Source of the DNA: Tricharina praecox
Lineage: Eukaryota
Assembly: GCF_024521635.1 (NCBI RefSeq)
Contig: NW_026250421.1
Span: forward strand, 372,001-436,000
Direction: 5' to 3'
Length of the DNA: 64,000 nucleotides
The notes under the pieces were generated by a model. It saw only the letters and a program-made list of their open reading frames with translations. It searched no databases and was not told where the DNA came from. The position numbers and the translations under genes were made by a program. Below, in pieces: positions 60,301 through 64,000 of the stretch; position 1 is the stretch's first letter; the number at the start of each line of letters is the position of its first letter.

Positions 60301-60883
60301 CAAGTACCATTTCGCGTGCGTGGCAGCAAGGATTAGGGTATTTCCCCGCTTTCGTCCCCCACACGCTCATCATCATACATATGTAGTAGCCTTGGGCCCT
60401 TAGGTAGTAGGGGATCCCCAATTCCCCGTCCTTTCCGGAATTCATAAGCTCCCCGCATACTGCTTCTCACATGCGCTGCAGTGTGCACGCATACATATGG
60501 AAGTACATCAGTATGTATGTGCGTTACTGTTACTATAGATGGCCTCGCTCGCTTCGATATATCTACGTATCTCCGTACTGTACTACATACGCACTCCACT
60601 ACTGTATCTACCCTACTATCGTACTCCGCATATCAACAGACGACTTTACCGGCCAGGGTTAAGCTACTCTATCTACTACTCTAGTAGTTAGCAGCCACTT
60701 GCAGGAGCCACTAGTTACTACAACCACCGGAACACTAAGCGAAAGATGGAGAGCGGGGTTCGAGGGCCCGTGAACCTATGTATCTACCTGCTTAGCTACT
60801 TAGCTATGTATCTAGCTAGCATGTTATCTAGCGGGCCATCGTCGGCATCAGCTGGAGCTGGAGCCCGAAGCCTAGCTAGTTAA

Positions 60884-60930
<47 letters not shown>
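60884..60930. repeat. (CTGG)n microsatellite, about 12 units
   Basis: Directly visible. Confidence 0.9.
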
Positions 60931-62949
60931 TCTATCTGTCTCTCGAGCAATTGATGGGATCTACGGATCAAGCAACACAGTGCACACTGATCAGTGATCG
61001 TGCAAGGCAGAATTTCCGCCAACCGGGAATGGGGGAATACCGGCCGCTACCCGGCGAGCAACCACCCACCAACCTGTAGCGGCCCCGGCGGCGGTCAAAT
61101 AAGGTGATCGACATACCTAATACTCTACGGACTCCCACTCCCATCAGCACTGCCGTGCCGTGCCATGCCCGGCGCCGAGTCGTTGCGGCGCTGTTGCTGC
61201 CGGTGTCAGAGCTCGAGGCGGACTCATCCCCATCCCTACACCTACAATTAACTAAGTAGCTAGCTAGTCGTCCAGAAACTCCTCCAATCTCCGTGCTCGC
61301 CTGCCTGCCTGCCTGCCTGCCTGTCCTCTCCCCGCCGCCCCCGCATGCGCGTGTAGGGGCCTATCCTGGCTGTCCCCGGTGAAGTAGCATACATAAGCTT
61401 CGTTGTGGAGGTTTCTATGTAGTACACACTTCATGTCGATTCCCAGCCCCCCCCTCAGCCAGGTTTCTCCGGATCAGACGTGGGGGTTAACTGGCGTTGG
61501 CGTTAGTTAGCGAGAGGAAAGCGTGAGAGGAGTGAGGGGTAATGGCGCAGGTGGTTCTAGGAGACTTCCGGAGACACGACGGTCCGGGGAAGGGAAGGGA
61601 AGGGAAGGGAAGCGGAGGGAAGGGGAGGAACGCGTGGGGCTGGGGGCGGAGAAGGTGAGACTCTGTGCTTACTACTAGGTATACAGTGTGGGGGCCGTGG
61701 CTTGGGGCAAGGTATGCAGACTCGCAGAGTACTCTACTCTATGAGTATAGGCGAGGATCACATGCGGAGGGCGAGAGGCGAGTAGTAAGTAATCATCTGT
61801 AGACCGTAACTACATACGGTCCGGACCGAGGTCCTGGATTGGTTTGTGTGGAGAGGGTTTGAATTCCCTTGAATTGGGGGTGGTTTTTGTTTAATCGTCG
61901 ATTGCATGCGGGCTGTCTATTACTAGTAACTAGAGTGGATTCGCTTAAATTCGTCCATTCGGGAATAACTAATCGAAAACTCAGGGTAGACGAGTGATAT
62001 CAAAAGTACACCAGCGGCCAGTGGCCAGCCAATCTCGGTCATCAGTGTTCAGTGCTCACGCCAGAAAACGCCGCCTCAGTCATAGTTAATTACGTATCAT
62101 ACATTCATCATTCCCCGCTCCCTCTCGAGTCTTTCTAGAGGTACCGGTTTTATTCTTACACACCATCGGCTGTCCAGTGCCCGAGGATAGGAAATGCCAT
62201 GGCTAAATAGCTCTAAAAGCTCACAGTTGTTCAACTGGCGTTGATAATATATGGTTTTTAGGAGCTCATACGGCTGACCGGAGTACTCAAAAGGCAATAT
62301 GCTAGTTGGTATCCGCGGCGGCGAGCCAGGCCTGGTACTGTAGGGCGGCATAGTCGGAGGACAAGGCGTGCCGGCTGTAGGAAGACCAGGGGCTGTTAAA
62401 CATCGAAGAACGGCGAAGGACAACGTACGATTCTTTCTAGATGTGTGATGACGAATAAGTAGGTAGTCCGCTGATCTCGCCGTGGTTACCGCGCTGTCTT
62501 TATCGTTGGTTCAAACGCAGAAAGACGTCACATCAGATCCATCCAAAGCACACGGCATGTTGTTCGCTCGTTCGACGCAGACAGCTTTGCGGCGGAATTT
62601 ATCTGTCACGGGGGTGGCACTCACCACTTTATAGGGTTTGAATTCATGTTTCTAGCACGGAAAAAACCCTGCGTGGTCTAGTGGTTTAGGCCATGCAATC
62701 GGCGAGGGAAGTTAAGGGAATATCCCCGGTTCAAAACCGGGTGAAAACCTTATCAGCTCTTGGGGTTTCCAAGCCACTCACCGGGGGTGGTGAAGGTTTT
62801 TGTTTTTGTTTTTGGGTGACGGGGGGAGCACTAGTTGGATATCACTCGGTAGTATCACGTGACACTGCGCCCTTACGCTGCCGTCTGTGGAGGCGAGAAT
62901 TATCCCTATGATGGACTTTATCATCGAGGGAAGGGAGGAAGCAAAACAC

Positions 62950-63090
62950 CCCCTCGGTCAAAGAAGAAGAAGAAGAAAAGAAAAAGAAGAAGAAGGAACC
63001 CCGCCATGCCCACCAATGTTGATGTGCACCACTAACCACATTCGTTTTCTCCCGCCGAGTAGCCGATAGCTCCTTTATCGCTCGCCACAA
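62950..63090 (+). repeat. Copy of dispersed splice-acceptor-bearing repeat family
   Basis: A GAA-rich tract, then GCCATGCCCACCAATGTTGA..CACCACTAACCACATTCGTTTTCTCCCGCCG..AGCTCC...CGCCACA, matching 50340-50437. Confidence 0.65.
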
Positions 63091-64000
63091 TGTCGTCGTC
63101 GTCGTCTTGAAAAGGATTTAGCTCGTAGAAGGTGATTCGAGGTGTGAACGATAAAGTCTTTAGCCCGGTTTTTAGTATTCCTCCTGTGCCAGTTCGCTTG
63201 CATCTCGATACTCGTGGCCATGCTGCTGGGATGCCAAATCTGGCGATTGTGGACTTCAGGCTTATTGGCGGAAACTGTGGCCTATCGCACGCCTTGCTGG
63301 CCCCTGGGTAGAAACGTGCTCTGTGCTCACCCCGACCAGCCGATTCCGCAAAAGGAGCTATTAAAACTAGATGCATACCATGCCGCTTACCTAACTGTAT
63401 AGATGCAAATATGTAATTCGAATTCTATCAATACTTATGCGGAGTACTATCCCACGAAACCACTCACCTAAATGTATGATATACCCATACTGTGGTGCGA
63501 AATTTGCTGGCCACCCAAACTCGCACCGACACTTGATGCTAGAAAAGAACATGGACTTACATGGCCCTGTATACACTTCGGCTCACAGACTAAAACGAAA
63601 GGTCTGCGCATTCCTAACTTTTGCAGAGATTGTTCGGATGTCTTGTAGCGTTAGTTGTTGAGATCGTCGCTGTTGCATTGACTCATATATCATCATTCGC
63701 ACGTATGACTGTGCTCCTTCTTGGCGGGGCTGAACAAGGTTAGTCCGTGTAACAGCCCCACCATTGGTTTCATTTTACCCCACGCTGCTTTTCTCTCCTC
63801 CAAAACCCGTTTTAATGACCGCCGAAACCACCCTCCATGGGCTCCAGCAGCAGCTTTCAAGCATTGCCACGCCATTCAGCCAAGACTATTTGAAGACAAT
63901 TCGCACCGTCTTGATCCAAAAGACTCTCGGCCCACCGTCGAACCTCGCACTGCCAGCGTCAGTCGCCCACGTCCGGGAGGGAGGGAAAGCTCGTACTGAC

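Noticed and set aside
63437..63661. Zinc-finger-like PYCGAKF...HRHL fragment
   Set aside because: Cys/His spacing does not fit a C2H2 finger and there is no gene structure.
1..64000. tRNA, rRNA, transposase or reverse transcriptase genes
   Set aside because: None recognised by eye. tRNAscan-SE, Infernal and BLASTX against a repeat protein library would be needed to exclude them.

Overview
Gene-sparse, intron-containing eukaryotic DNA from a filamentous ascomycete. Short GT-AG introns with CTAAC/CTGAC branch sites and the protein families support this; Pezizomycetes is plausible but is only an inference. Genes that can be spliced into continuous frames: a Pho85-type (PHO80/PCL) cyclin (6924-8079 +), a stand-alone chromodomain microprotein (10691-11047 +), a six-exon poly-Gln gene with five near-identical introns and one in-frame TAG (26865-24317 -), sorting nexin SNX41/ATG20 (28184-30156 +), mitochondrial ribosomal protein MRPL31 (31046-30603 -) head-to-head with a 758-aa PPR-like protein (31461-33737 +), a 109-aa protein made of two Cys/His-rich repeats (34802-35131 +), a 14-TMS-type MFS drug:H+ antiporter (40697-38687 -), a 72-aa microprotein (45998-46216 +) and a short velvet-domain-like protein (58465-59236 +). 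The 11.9-22.5 kb interval has no intact gene and holds a nested cluster of non-autonomous TIR elements and minisatellites. More MITE-like elements and a dispersed repeat carrying a branch point and 3' splice site occur at 36-63 kb. I found no transposase, rRNA, tRNA or CRISPR array. All calls come from reading the sequence by eye; no database search was run.
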